This document shows positions 1 to 15,097 of a stretch of 64,000 nt of DNA, one piece after another. Every line of letters begins with the position of its first letter. Positions within the stretch are counted from its first letter, which is position 1. The notes under the pieces were generated by a model. It had not been told where the DNA came from, did not search any database, and saw nothing but the letters and a program-made list of their open reading frames with translations. Both the position numbers and the translations under genes were made by a program. Origin of the DNA: the human T2T-CHM13v2.0 reference genome, Homo sapiens; the NCBI RefSeq assembly GCF_009914755.1, contig NC_060941.1. One strand, 5' to 3'.

Positions 1-839
1 TGCCCAAGAATATCACATTGAAAAATCGAATTTCCTCAGGCAAAGCAAACTGTATGCCAGTAAAGGTCAGTTATTCCTCCTAGATCACAGTTATTGCAAC
101 CAACTATTTGTTTTAAAGTGAGTTTCTTATTGTTTGTGTTTACAGATCCTAGTCTGTCTTATGTAGGGAGACTACTAAAGAAAAAGAAATAAGCAGAAAT
201 ATCATTTTTCTATTCCATGCCTGGGAATATTAAATGGTACTTGGCTATTTAAATATGCTGTTTGGACTGAATTCAAAGTGCATTATCCCATATACCAGTT
301 GATGTTGAAACACTTAACCAAATGCTTAATGCCTAGAAAAACTGTGTTGGACCTTAACAGCAGTGGTTTAAAAATAGGTAATGTCAGAATTTTTTCACTA
401 GCTCTTGAGTTAACTCTTGGTCATCCAGCATGTGAATCAAGACTAAAATTGTCCCTGAGTTGTAGAGGAATCACCGAATGGTGGGGGAGAAATGCCGCTT
501 AGGTTGTTTTTCTGAAGAGTTTAGATCTTTTAATAAAGTAACAAAAGGCTAAGGGACAACCCACAAGTTGGGATGACCGAGATAACTAAAGAGCACTCCT
601 TGGTGGAACCCCTAAAATGACAAATAACCCTCATCTCCAGGAGTGCTATGGTTGCTGGGCTAGGAATATCCAGGGAACTGGTATATTCTAGGAATAATCC
701 TTTCCAGTTAGAAGCCAACAAACCAATGGGCTTCTACAGGACACAAACCGAGGTTGGATGCTGTCAGACTCTTGGTAATAAGCCAGGTTAATAACTATAG
801 TATCATACATTCACCATGTCAGATTCTAAAATAGCAGCT

Positions 840-990
840 TTACATACCTCTTACCATTTAACCCTCATAACACTTCTGCAAGGTAGGAATTATTTCCTAT
901 ATTTTACAGAGATGGAGGCTCAGAAGGGTAAATAAACTGACCTGAAGTGACATGCTTGTTAAGTGGCAAAGGTGGTTGAGATTTGAAATG
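840..990 (-). mobile_element. MIR SINE fragment
   Basis: MIR core-like text: attttacagagatggaggctcagaagggtaaataaactgacctgaagtgacatg. Confidence 0.7.
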
Positions 991-3699
991 CCTTTGTAAA
1001 GTGGTTAAGCCCAAGTACGCATCACCATATAGCCCTGACCCACAGGAGGTCAGAGACAGTGGAGTTAAAGACACTGGGAGGGGTCAAGGAGGTCAAAATC
1101 AAGAGTGAAATCCACCCAATTATCATTTGGCCTTTCATGCAACAGCAGGAAGTTAAAAGGTGGAATCTGACCATTTGCACTGATTTTTCCATGCTTCCTC
1201 ATGCTCCTTTCCCTGGATCCACATTCCCTGGTTTACAGTACATGTTTTTGCCTCCCCTGGCTGGTCCAGTGACCCTTCTAAATCCCCTCATCTGGAATGT
1301 TAATCTCCACCCTGCAAGTTCTCTTGGTCTCAGTGTATCTGGCAGTTCATATAAGACATATCCACTCCACCAACCCTAGTTGGAAACTTTAGCCTACAGA
1401 GTAGCCTCCAATTTCTCTGACTTCCTTTGACCTGCTGCCCCTTAGCTTCATCCCTCCAGCCACCGGTACAAGGTTAAGACACATGCAGGAGGTCACAGCA
1501 TTCCTAAACACTGTAAAACTGTAGGTTAGGCAAAAATTTTAATTCTAATGAGACATTCTAATGACAAGGAACTCACAAACCCCTCAGCTCTTTTTCTTTG
1601 GTTCTGAAAGAGGCCATGACTCAGCCTGGTCAAATACCCATCCAGATTCTATCTGTTAAGTGACAGCTAAAAAGAGCAAGGACCCTTTTCAGATATTCAG
1701 ACTTAAGTGGAAATTTACACTGCTGGCCTCCAGCCCATTGCTGATAAAACGTTTTCTCTCAGCCAGAAAATTCTGGCAACTCCTCCTTCTCAGGTTCTAT
1801 TTGTAGATTCAGCGGATGCACCAATACCTTTCCTCTTCGCAGGGCCAACCTGTCAGTTACCTAACTCCCTCTGGTTTTCCTTGGATTCCACACTTTGCCT
1901 AGCAAGTGCTTAATTGCTGCTTTAATGCCAGTTTAATTCTCTCTCCATTATTCCCTGAACTCCGACGGCCCCACTGCGTTTCTCCCCTTTAATGTTTAAT
2001 GCGATGATGACTATTGCTGATCAGGACTAAATTTTACCCTAGGATGCCCAGGGAATAAATGTTTTTATTAAGAGTACAAGAGAGGGAAAGCCATTCTGAA
2101 AAATAGAAAAGATTCCCGTGATGTTCCTCTGGAGACTCATTGAGCAGAGAGCAGAGCTGACTTGTGGTTATTATTTGATCAGCTTGAGCTAATCTGTGTT
2201 GATGCCTCCTGCCAAGTCCTACCATTTGCGTGTGATTTCCCATCTACTAATACATAATGTATAGATCCGGATATAGGCAAATCAATTATCCTGCTCCTAA
2301 GAAGCAAAGACAAACTAATGGAAACATTAGCCTAAGACTTCAGGAAAATTGCAGAATTGAATACCTAGGTGTGTGTGTTTTATAAGTGTATGTGTTTGTG
2401 GGGAGTGAGCCGTCAAAGAGGAGGGAGGCAAGGAAAGGGGTTCAGAAAACAAAGAGGGGAAATGAGAGGCAAAATCACATCACCTGAGGCCACAATGATC
2501 TGCCTGTTTTGTATGGAAGACATCTGATCATAACAACAAAAATTATTGTAAAACAACACCCAGATGATTCCAGGAATCTTGGCTTTCTTCTGTTAAATTA
2601 TCAGATGCAACAAGATATGTATTTAGCTCTATTGAGCCAAACTAAGGATCAGCATGAACATACACTGGAGAAATGATGAGTAACAGGGTGTCCTAGGGAA
2701 GATTGTCTCTGCCATGCTTGAATTCTTCAGTTCACAAGAAATTCGAAAATTGATGGCACAGACACAATGTCTTAATATCCATGGGGGGTTAGAGGATGTT
2801 AAATTGAAATGGGTTGGGGGTACTCTTGAAAGCTGGCTGAAGGGTAATTGCATGCGTGTAAAGCTAGTTTAAATCCATCACTCTCCAAAGATTGATTTTT
2901 AAAACTTTAAAAACACATATTGTGCCCTTGCAGTTATTTGCACATAAAAATGTTACTGGATGGGTTACTTTTCAGAAAATACAGACTTTCTAGGTGAACT
3001 TAATCCATAATTTTCTGATTTAAGACACTTGTGAGAAGCAAGTTTGCATATTATTAAGAATTCCTAGGACTGAATTCATATGGTGAGCTAGCATACAGTA
3101 GGTACTTAAGAAATGTTTAAATGGAAAAATAGATGAGTGAATGAATGAAAGGTATAATATGCATTCAGCTACAGCATTCTATATGCATGTGAGTGTAGGC
3201 AGATAATACTTTAAAATATTTTAAAATTATAAGAACATTTTTACAAACATATTTTAAATGTTTATGACCATTTTCCAGTATTTGGTAGTGAATTTACCTG
3301 TCTCTGAATAAAGCAGAAACCAGATGAGAGCCCTATATTTGCGAGTGGAATACAGAAATGACTTTGTGAACTTTTCTTTTGGGAAGTCGTAACCCTTCCA
3401 GCTGATATGAGACTCAACTATAACACACCATTAAGAAAATGCAAGTGAAGCAGACATCAACAGATGCAATAGGATCTGTGATACATAGAATGGAATTTGG
3501 ACAGGTAGGGAAAATTCTAGATGGTTCAAAGGATATAGAAAAACATATTTGCTCTAAAACAAATACTGCATTTTGATGGTGGCCTGTAATGCTCAACATC
3601 TTAAATTTTTGTAAGACAGAATACTGCAATGATGTGAATGCAAACATGGAAATACATTTTTTTGCTTCCACTACAAACAGCTCCGATGTATTGAATTCC

Positions 3700-3890
3700 C
3701 TGTGCTATGCACTTTGTGTGACTCATTAAACACTCAAAACAACCTGAAGCTGAGTGTCACCATCTCCGTATTATAAATGAGAAAATTGATGCACAAAAGG
3801 TAAACGAGTTGTCCAAGGTAGCATAGCCATTGTGTGACAGAGTTGGGATTTGAACCCAAGTCTGATGTCAAACTCAGCTTTTGATCTCCA
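3700..3890 (-). mobile_element. MIR SINE fragment
   Basis: ataaatgagaaaattgatgcacaaaagg...ttgtccaaggt...gggatttgaacccaagtctg. Confidence 0.7.
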
Positions 3891-4752
3891 TGAATACTGC
3901 CCTTTGTTTCTAGAAGAATACATGAATACAGAAAGTTAATGTTTTGTTAGTTTGCACTAATCCAGACATCATTTTAGTAACACACCTTCAGATCTCCAGT
4001 GTCTGTGTGAAGGTCCTGTAAGGGATACTGGGGATATGAAGGCAAATAAAGCATAGTTCCTGTCCTCAAGAAACTCATAATCCAAAACAAGAAATAGATA
4101 TTGGCACCATGAAATGTAGCACAGAGGCCCAGTGGCTGTCCTGGTGATACAACTGAATGAGGAAGTAACTGCCTATGTAGAGAAGAAATCCAAATGAATT
4201 TTTTTCACTAAAGAACCATGAATATTCTTAACTGACATAATCAATATTAAGTACTAAGGCAAACACAAACTTGCCCAATGAGGTAAATTTCTAATTCTGT
4301 TGTTATGATTTGTTTCTGTGAAGAATCTTATACAATTATCAACTGTTATATGAAATATATTATGTCACATCAAAAATTAAACAGTAAGAAAAGACTTCTT
4401 TAAAAACTGAGGCAAAAAAGCAAGAATGCATTTAACAACACAATGATAATTATTGCCAACAATGAAATTCCACTATTTTACTTAACTAAATCAACACTTC
4501 AGGAAATAAACACAGCATTCTTTATTATAGAGTTGACTCAGTCTTTACATAAAAAAGAAAGTGATTTTCAATATGTCATTAAACTGTAGACTAATGTATT
4601 TACAGATAAGTAATTAAAAAGCAAAAATAGGTCAAAGAACACTGAATAATTTATTGCAACAGAAAATATGTTCATGATAGTGACCAGGCAAAAGAACTCT
4701 ATGTATACCTTAGTACCTAATAGTGACTCACATGCATAAAAAGAAAAATATT

Positions 4753-5083
<331 letters not shown>

Positions 5084-5289
5084 TTATTAGGAAAAGTGCA
5101 CTGTGAACTAAAATAATTCAGTTGGATTTATTATATCTATAAGAGAGATTTACCTTAAAGACATCTGCAGAGATGTAAATTTCAGCAAAGTTTTGCAGCT
5201 ATAGAGAACTTTTCTCCAGATTTTATAAAGAATTATTTTCCTTATTAAAGAGTATGTATGAAGGCTAGTCGAAGAATTATTGGATAGGT

Positions 5290-6720
5290 ACAAAAAGCAT
5301 AAAGTATCAAAAAAATTGATAAAAGAAAACTTTTGTTTAATAAAAATTGAAAATTTCTTTTGAACAACACTGTTAAGAAAGTAAAAATAAAAGCCATAAA
5401 CAAGGGGAAAATATTTGTAATATACATATCAGAAAATGGACTACTATCCAGAATATATAAAGAACCCCCACAACTTAATAATTAGAAATGACTCAATTAA
5501 AAATGGAAAAGATTTAGACACTTCATCAAAGAATATAAATGAATGGCAAATATGTATATGGAAACATGCTCTATATCTTGTGATTTGTTGAGCATCTACT
5601 CATACCTAATAACTTCATTACTTGTTAGGAAAGTGCAAATTAAAACCACAATGAGACATTACTACACACCTGTTAGAAGGGCTGTGTTAAAAAGACTAAC
5701 TATGCTACATGCTGGTGAGGATGTAAAGCAACTGTATCTCTCACACACTGCTAATAAGAATGTAAAATTATATAACCACTTTGGAAAACAGCTGGCAACT
5801 TCTTAAAAAGTTAAATATGTACTCAGTACATGACCCAACTATTCCACTTCTAGGTAGTTACCTAAGGGAAATGAAAGTATATGTCTATACCAAAACTTCT
5901 TCATGGATGTTCATAGGAGCTTTATTGGTATTAGCCAAAACTGGTGGGAAAATGTTCATTAACTTATAAATGAATAAAGAAAGTGTGGTATAGCTATACA
6001 ATAGAACATTACTTAAAAGCAAAAAGGAACAAATTATTGATGCAGGCACCAAGGATGAAGCTCAAAAGCTGTATGCTAAGTGAAAGATGCCAGATTTTAA
6101 AAGTATATGCTGTTCATTTCATTTATGTGACATTTTAGAAAAGACGAAACTACAGTTAAAGAAATGAACAAATAGTTGCCAAAGGCTCAAGAGTTGAAGG
6201 AGGTGGAGAAGATTAACTACAAGGGACATGAATGAAATTTTGTGGGTGATGGAAATATTGTATATCTTGATTGTGGAGGCAGTTATGCAACTGTATATTT
6301 TTGTCAAAATTCATAAAACTGTTTACCAAAAAAGGATAAATCTTACAGTATACAAATTACTATTATTATTACATTTTTTTTTTGAGATGGAGTCTTGCTC
6401 TGTCACCCAGTCTGGAGCGCAGTGGCGCGATCTTGACTCAATGCAAACTGCCTCCGGGTTCAAGTGAGTCTCGTGCCTCAGCCCCCCGAGTAGCTGGGAC
6501 TATAGGCGTGCACCATCATGCTAATTTTTGTTTTTGTTTTTTTTTTTTTTTTTTAGTAGAGACGGGGTTTTGCGATGATGGCCAGGCTGGCCTATAACTC
6601 ATGAGCTCAGGTGATCCGCCTGCCTTGACCTCCCAAAGTGCTGGGATTACAGGCATAAGCCACTGTGCCCAGCCTCTTACTGTATACAAATTAAATATCA
6701 ATCAGCTTTACTTTAATAAA
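5290..6720 (+). mobile_element. Old L1M LINE 3' end (ORF2 tail + 3' UTR), interrupted by an Alu
   Basis: gtgcaaattaaaaccacaatgagacattactacacacc...catgacccaactattccacttctagg. Degenerate ORF2-like peptides (KTTMRHYYTPVR; DPTIPLLG). Confidence 0.85.
6359..6674 (-). mobile_element. Alu (AluS-like) inserted in the L1 3' UTR
   Basis: Reverse Alu. 18-bp TSD tcttac(a/t)gtatacaaatt at 6341-6358 and 6675-6692. Confidence 0.92.
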
Positions 6721-8261
6721 ACAAAAGACATGTTATATTTATGTGACTTATCTTTAAAGTTTAATAATAGAAAAGTATTTTATACAACCTGGACTCCAGA
6801 TAGAACTGTCGTATGTAGTAAATCAAATATTATCATTTATTCAATAGTAAAAACAAAATTGCTACCTAAACTTATGAGTAAATGGTTTTATATTTTTAAA
6901 AATAATTAATGATGAGCTGCTAAATCTCAAAAATTTCTCCCCTGTAAAAGAATGTATGCTAAGCTGAACGGAGGTTTTCCCATTTTACACTTTGGAGTTG
7001 ATCATTCTCAGCTAATCTTTTGTCACCTTTAGAAAGCCCCAAGTTAAATACCTCTCTTAGGAACTCTAAAACATAGCAATGTGAACCAAGTGGATTCCAC
7101 CAGTTACATTTCTGCTTTTTCAGAGTGAACAAAATACAGCAATTAGTAGGAGCACCCTTTATATAATTCTAATTTTAAGGATTATTTTAACCTACATGCA
7201 TGACATGTTACCTCTGGTCTATAGAACACTCTCTAATGTGCAGTATTGAAAGAAGAGTCATGCTTTCAAGGGCAAACCTGCTGAATAACTGCAGCAAATG
7301 CACACTCATGAAGACTGACACCCCCGAGCTGATTCCAGCTCACTGTGTGCAATCTGAAACTAAGCAATTGGATCTGACTGAGAAAGAATATAACTTCTCA
7401 TTATTGTTTCTGAGCTTTCTGAAACAGAGTATCTGGCCTGGCACATGATAGATATACTTACTTCTCTCTGTTTATTTTCATCTCATTGTATGGAATATTT
7501 CCCATAGAGGACTCACAAGGGAGATTGTAGGAAGTTGCTTTAGGCACTAGCAGAATGGCCTAATCATTTAATTTTTTGCAGTTATGGAAGGAATCATGAA
7601 AGGATTCATGTTAAGGGAAGAACTGCAGCTGCCCCCTAGAGCAGCTGATGCTTAGCATGGCACTAGAGTGACACATCCATAAGTCTTAATAAAGCACCAT
7701 GCATTAATCTATTAGTAGGAACTCAAGGAAATACTCCAGTGGCCAAACCAGAGTGAGGCTGTGGTAAAGACTAACAAGATGGAAGAGGAAGAAGTATTAC
7801 AAAGAAACTTAGTAATAATGTTTTCTCTCCTACTCACAAAGAATTCTCTATCTTCAAAATTGAGAAGAATGCTTTACTGTAAAGGAATTATTGTTGCAAG
7901 AGTCATCTGGGTATGGTGGGAATTGAAGGACAGGAAGCTGCCCAAGCAAGTCACATGTGTATTGAGGTTACTAGTCCCCACTGATATACAGGGAATCAGT
8001 AGGAACTGCAACTGCCAGCTCCTGGAATTTCAGCAACAGAAAAAATAACGGAGATGCAAATACAGAAAAAATTTACTCAATTTTGTAAAACATAAAAGTA
8101 TTATGCAAGTCAAAGTTTGAGGGGAGACAAATACAGCTGCTTGACCAGGTTCTTTGAGGTCTAGAGTCAAATCTGTTTGCAAGCAATGGGGTAAGGTCAA
8201 GTGGGTTGTAGTTAATAACGGTACTGCAGTGGGAATGCTGAACTTAGCATCAAAAAATTTA

Positions 8262-8729
<468 letters not shown>

Positions 8730-8994
8730 TCAATGCATGCAGTTCAGTTTCATGTGATGAACATTTATTTTTTCATTTACTATCATAAGCAGTTCATTGA
8801 GATAGAGCTCATCAGTCAAGATGTCAATACTTTTCCTGAGTAGGACCACTCAGAGGGGGTCACTCTTTCAGTTGATCCACTTAAATAGTTAACATACACT
8901 CCCTTCGCTTGTGTGTACTTACTGGTAAATTACTTTGTAAGCATTCTTGTATCTGTTCATGTGTGCATGCCCTGTCTACTCAATTAGGATTATT

Positions 8995-9650
8995 GACTTA
9001 TGGAGCCAGAAGGCATTTTAGAGAACTAGGCCAAACTCTTCATTGTACAAGTGGGAATATTGAGGTCCAGAGAAGTGAAATGACATGCCTCAAGTCATAT
9101 GTTGGTTAGTGACTGAGTCAGTATTAGGATCCAGTTCTCTTGACTTCCTACTCAATGCTTTCTTCTCCCATATTCTCACCCCAAACTATTCTAAAAATAA
9201 GCATTTGAGGACAAGAACCACTTTTGCTGCTATTGTTGTTTATTCCTAAAATTCAGTACACATTTGTGCAACCTAATGACCAAGGACATTGAAAACTTTC
9301 AACATTTATAAATTGTTCTATTCAGAAATAGCAGAAATATTTTCTAGTGATCAATTTGTTTGATAAATCCCATTCTCTCCTCATGAAGTTATTAATATTA
9401 TCATAGATACAGGTATCTTTATGCTTTATAAAACATTTTCACATCTATTGTCATACTTGATTAGTTTAGAAACCTTGCGGAAAAATCAGAGTGGGCAGTC
9501 TTATTCCCATTTTACAGTTAAAGAAATGAAAGTCTAGAGAGGCTAAATAATTTTCCCAGCTACACACAGCTACTAATTGATGGAACTGGCATTCGGACGA
9601 ACTCGGGTTTTCTGGTTTAATAATCCAATATACTTCCACGGTTCTATGCT
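8995..9650 (-). mobile_element. Two MIR fragments (~8995-9160 and ~9420-9650)
   Basis: gaggtccagagaagtgaaatgacatgcctcaagtca; cccattttacagttaaagaaatgaaagtctagagaggctaaataa. Confidence 0.65.
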
Positions 9651-10032
9651 GCATCACATTTATAGGTACACTTTTAATAAACTATTAACTTTGATTATCT
9701 GTACTGTATTGGTCAGATTCTTTAGTGTATAAATGACTAAAACCCAATTCAAACAAGTTTAAATTAAAAAAAAAAAAAAGAAAAAAGGAAAAGTCAAGGG
9801 CCAGGGAGGATTGGAAGAACGCAGAACTCACTGGCTTAAGATCACTAAACCATAGGGAAGGCAAAGATAGAACAGCCTGATGAACGGTCCTAATTCTAAT
9901 CTTTGCAGCTTTATCACCACAACAAAGAGGACTTTTCCTTCCCAGTTCTGTTTGGAAATCATAAGGAAAAATTGTGATAGAGATCAGGAGTCAACTTGTA
10001 TCCTATGTTTACCTTTGTTAAACCACCTTAAG

Positions 10033-10357
10033 GAGGTATGATTGACAGATTAAAAAGCTGTATATATTTAATGTGTACAACTCAGTGAGTTTGGGGATAA
10101 GTATACACCGTGAAATTATCACCACCAACAAGGCCATAGACATCCATCACCTCCCAAAGTTTCCTGCCATTCCCTTTATTATTATTTTATGTGTGTGTGT
10201 GCACGTGGTAAAAACACTTACATAAGCTCTACCTTAGCAAATTTTAAGTCTACAATACAGTATCATTAGCTATAGGTACTATGCTATACAGATTTCTAAA
10301 ACTTATTTATCTTGCCAACAGGCAGGTGATGGTCAAAGGGTACAAAGCTTCAGTTAT
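10033..10357 (-). mobile_element. L1MA-type (L1MA8/9-like) 3' end with a short inverted 5' segment
   Basis: 10033-10315 is the reverse complement of an L1MA 3' UTR end. 10316-10357 (ggtcaaagggtacaaagcttcagttat) is the adjoining L1 segment in the opposite orientation. Confidence 0.8.
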
Positions 10358-10506
10358 TTCTTAAAGTCTTAGACCAGTCATTTCAACCAGAGTCTAGTAT
10401 CAGAAAATCGAGAGATGGAAACTAGGCAGTAAAGAAATCAATACTTGTTTACTATTCTCATGTTCAGACAGCAATGGAACAACTGGCTATAAAACAAACA
10501 AACTGA

Positions 10507-10841
<335 letters not shown>

Positions 10842-10852
10842 TTGATTTCTTT

Positions 10853-11006
10853 CTCTTTAGTTTTTCCTTTTCTTTCTTTCTTTCTTTTTTTTTAAAATGA
10901 TACAGGGTCTCATTCTGTGCCCCAGTTTAGAGTGCTGGGGTGCAATCTCGGCTCACTGCCCCCTTGAACTCCTGGGCTCAAGTAATCCTCCCACCTCAGC
11001 CTCCCA
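10853..11006 (-). mobile_element. 5'-truncated AluJ/FRAM right monomer
   Basis: cagggtctcattctgt...ctcctgggctcaagtaatcctcccacctcagcctccca. TSD gc(a/g)tttgctgatttct at 10530-10545 and 11007-11022. Confidence 0.85.
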
Positions 11007-11594
11007 GCGTTTGCTGATTTCTAATAAATAAAATTTGCATTTACTAGTACTCCCACCATAGCTGCTTTCAAGGTACCAACGTGACATCAATCAGTTCATA
11101 AGATTCCTAAAAACATAGCAATTAGATCTTGTGGACCAGCAGGAATCAGTCTCAGCACACCATGGCATGTAGCACTGATTAACCATACTCTGACCTAAAC
11201 AGATCAATAAATTCATAGAAGCCACCAGTTCACTGGCAGATGTACCTTTCCACATCTGGAAAGGGGAAACAATTCAATTCAGCAAGCATTTATTTAGTGC
11301 CTACTAAATGACAAGTGTTGGGGTTGTCAATATGACAATAAAAAGATACTTTCCCATCCTCTAATTCACTGTTTCACAATTGTTTTTAGATCTCATACTA
11401 AGTTTAAGTGAGAAAACTAGACCAAAAAAAACAAAAATAAAATTGAGTTATGATAAATGCTGTGAAAGAAACAAAAAGGACTCAAATAGAGAATGAGAGG
11501 TGACCATTTAAAGTAAGTATATTTCCCAAACTTGAAATGTGCTACTGATTTGTTATTAATTTAATTGTTTTAAAATTTTAATTTACAATCCTTT

Positions 11595-12232
<638 letters not shown>

Positions 12233-12807
12233 TGAAATCCATCTATAAATTACTTTTATTATTATAATTATTCATTATTATTTTTACTTCTTTTAAGTAA
12301 AAGCACAGCTCTTCTGCTGCTCTGTCAATTTTACACAATTACGTCTCTCATCTCTTTAAAGGACTTGTTTCTAATGCCCAAATATGAGAACCATTAATCC
12401 AGAGAAGCAATGAACTGGATCCAATCAAACTTAACTCTCAAAAGAAGGAAACCGAGCTGAGGAATGCAAGAGAGGTAAAGGGAGGACTCTTGGCCCATTA
12501 TTCTCTATGGAAATCTCTTCTTCCACAAAAGCTCACCAGTAGTTGAGTTTAAGTGTGCTCAATGTTGTCTTTGCTTCATTCATGTATTAAGTATTTAGGA
12601 GCCCTTCCTCAATCATTTGGTGTTTATTTATTGAGCATTTGCTCTGTGTCAGGCATTTTTCTCAGTTGCTGAGGCTACAGTGGTGAGTCAAACAGATAAA
12701 ACCCATGGTCTCATGGAGCTTACTTAAAATGAACAACTAAAGAAGAAAAATAAGATGGTGATAAGTGCTGTGCAGAATATTATAATAGAGTGATCTGATA
12801 AAGACAG

Positions 12808-15097
12808 TGATATGGTTTGGCTATGTACCCACCCAATTCTCATCTTGAATTCCCATGGTGTGGTAGGAGGGGCCCAGTGGGAGGTAATTAAATCATGGGG
12901 GCAGGTTTTTCCTGTGCTGTTCTTGGGATAGTAAGTCTCACGAGATCTGATGGTGAGATCTTATTATAAGGGGGAGTTTTCCTCCACAAGCTCTCTTTGC
13001 CTGTCACCATCCACATAAAATGTGACTTACTCCTCCTTGCCTTCGCCATGCCTGTGAGGCCTCCCCAGCCACATAAAACTGTTAAGTGCAATTAAACCTC
13101 TTTCTTTTGTAAATTGCCCAGTCTTGAGTATGTCTTTATCAGCAGTGTGAAAATGGACTAATACAGTAAATTGGTACCAGTAGAGTGGAGTGCTGCTGAA
13201 AAGCTACCCAAAAATGTGGAAGTGACTTTGGAACTGGGTAACATGCAGAGGTTGAAACAGTTTAGAGGGCTCAGAAGAAGAAAGGAAAATGTGAGAAAGT
13301 TTGGAACTTCCTAGAGACTTGTTAAATGGCTTTGATCAAAAGCCTGATAGTGATATGGACAAATAGGTCCAGGCTGAGGTGGTTTCAGGTGGAGATGAGA
13401 AACTTGTTGGGTACTGGAGCAAAGGTGACTCTTGTTATGTTTTAGCAAAGAGACTGGCAGCATTTTGCTCCTGCCCTAGAGATTTGTGGAACTTTGAACT
13501 GGAGAGAGATGGTTTAGGGTATCTAGCGAAAAAAATTTCTGAGCAGCAAAGCATTCAAGAGGTGACTTGGGTGCTATTAAAGGCATTCAGTTTTATAAAG
13601 GAAGCAGAACATAAAAGTTTGGGAAATTTACAGCCTGACAATGTGATAGAAAAGGAAAACCCATTTTCTGAGGAGAAATTGAAGCCAGCTGCAGAAATTT
13701 GCATACGTAACAAGGAGCCGAATGTTAATCTCCAACACAATGGGGAAAATGTCTCTAGGGCATGTCAGAGGGCTTCACAGCAGCCCCTCCCATCACAGCC
13801 TCCGAGGCCTAGAAGAAAATGGTTTCCTGGGCCAGGGCCAGGGTCTCCTTGCTGTGTGCAGTCCATGGACTTGGTGCACCACATCCCAGCCACTCGAGCC
13901 ATGACTAAAAGGGGCCAAGGTACAGCTCGGGCTGTTGCTTCAGAGGGTGGAAGCCCCAAGCCTTGGCAGCTTCCATGTGGTGTTGAGCCTGAGTGTGAAC
14001 AGAAGTCACAAACAGGTTTGGGAACTTCCACCTAGATTTCAGAAGATGTATGGCAACGCCTGGAGGCCCAGGCAAAAGTTTTCTGCAGGGGCAGGGCTCT
14101 CATGGAGAACCTCTGCTAGGGCAGTATGGAAGAGAAATGTGGGGTTGGAACCCCCACACAGCGTCCCTACTGGGGTACTGCCTAGCGGAGCTGTGAGAAG
14201 AGGGCCACCATCCTCCAGACCCCAGAATGGTAGATCCACTGACAGCTTGCACCCTGCACCTGGAAAAGCCGCAGACACCCACTGCCAGCTCATGACAGCA
14301 GCCAGGAGAGAGGCTGTATCCTGCAAAGCCACAGGAGTGGAGCTGCCCAAGACCATGGGAACCCACCTCTTGCATCAGTGGGACCTGAATGCAAGACCTG
14401 TAGTCAAAGAAGATCATTTGAAACTTTAAGATTTGACTGCCCCGCTGGATTTCAGACTTGCATGGGGCCTGTAGTCCCTTCCTTTTGGCCAATGTCTCCC
14501 ATTTGGAATGGCTGTATTTACCCAATGCCTGTACCCTCCTTGTGTCTAGGAAGTAACTAACTTGATTTTGATTTTATAGGCTCATAGGTGGAAGGGACTT
14601 GTGGGACTTGTCTTGTCTCTGATGAGACTTCGGACTGTGGACTTTTGAGTTAATGCAGAAATGAGTTAAGACTTTAGGGGAATGCTGGGAAGGCATGATT
14701 GGTTTTGAAGTGTGAGGACATGAGATTTGGGAGGGCCAGGAGCAGAATGATATGGTTTGGCTGTGTCCCCACCCAAATCTCATCTTGAATTCCCATATGT
14801 TGTGGGAGGGACCCAGTGGGAGGTAACTGAATCATGGGGGCAGATCTTTCCGATGCTGTTCTCGTGACAGTAAGTCTCACAAGATCTGATGGTTATTATG
14901 AGGGGGAGTTTTCCTGCATAAGCTCTCTCTTTGTCTGCCACCATCCACATAAGGTGTGACTTGCTCCTCCTTGCCTTCCACCATGATTGTGAGGCTTTTC
15001 CCACCACGTGGAACTGTAAGTCCAATTAAACCTCTTTCTTTTGTAAGTTGCCCAGTCTCAGGTATGTCTTTATCAGCACCAAAAATGGACTAATACA
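12808..15097 (+). mobile_element. Full-length THE1A MaLR element: 5' LTR 12808-13165, internal 13166-14747, 3' LTR 14748-15097
   Basis: Two direct LTRs TGATATGGTTTGG...GGACTAATACA. Internal region begins gtaaattggtaccag and ends in a purine tract. THE1A-type text (cttgaattccca; aattaaacctctttcttttgtaa). Confidence 0.93.

Noticed and set aside
2004-2020. ATGATGA...CTGA resembling snoRNA C and D boxes
   Set aside because: The boxes are only 6 nt apart, with no terminal stem or room for guide sequence.
5543-5969. ORFs resembling the L1 ORF2 C-terminus (also 60035-60388)
   Set aside because: Degenerate, frameshifted fragments of truncated old L1 elements; not functional.
13379-14429. 218-aa and 164-aa ORFs, among the longest in the window
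   Set aside because: They lie wholly inside the THE1A internal region and are frameshifted remnants of the known MaLR internal ORF, not a host gene.
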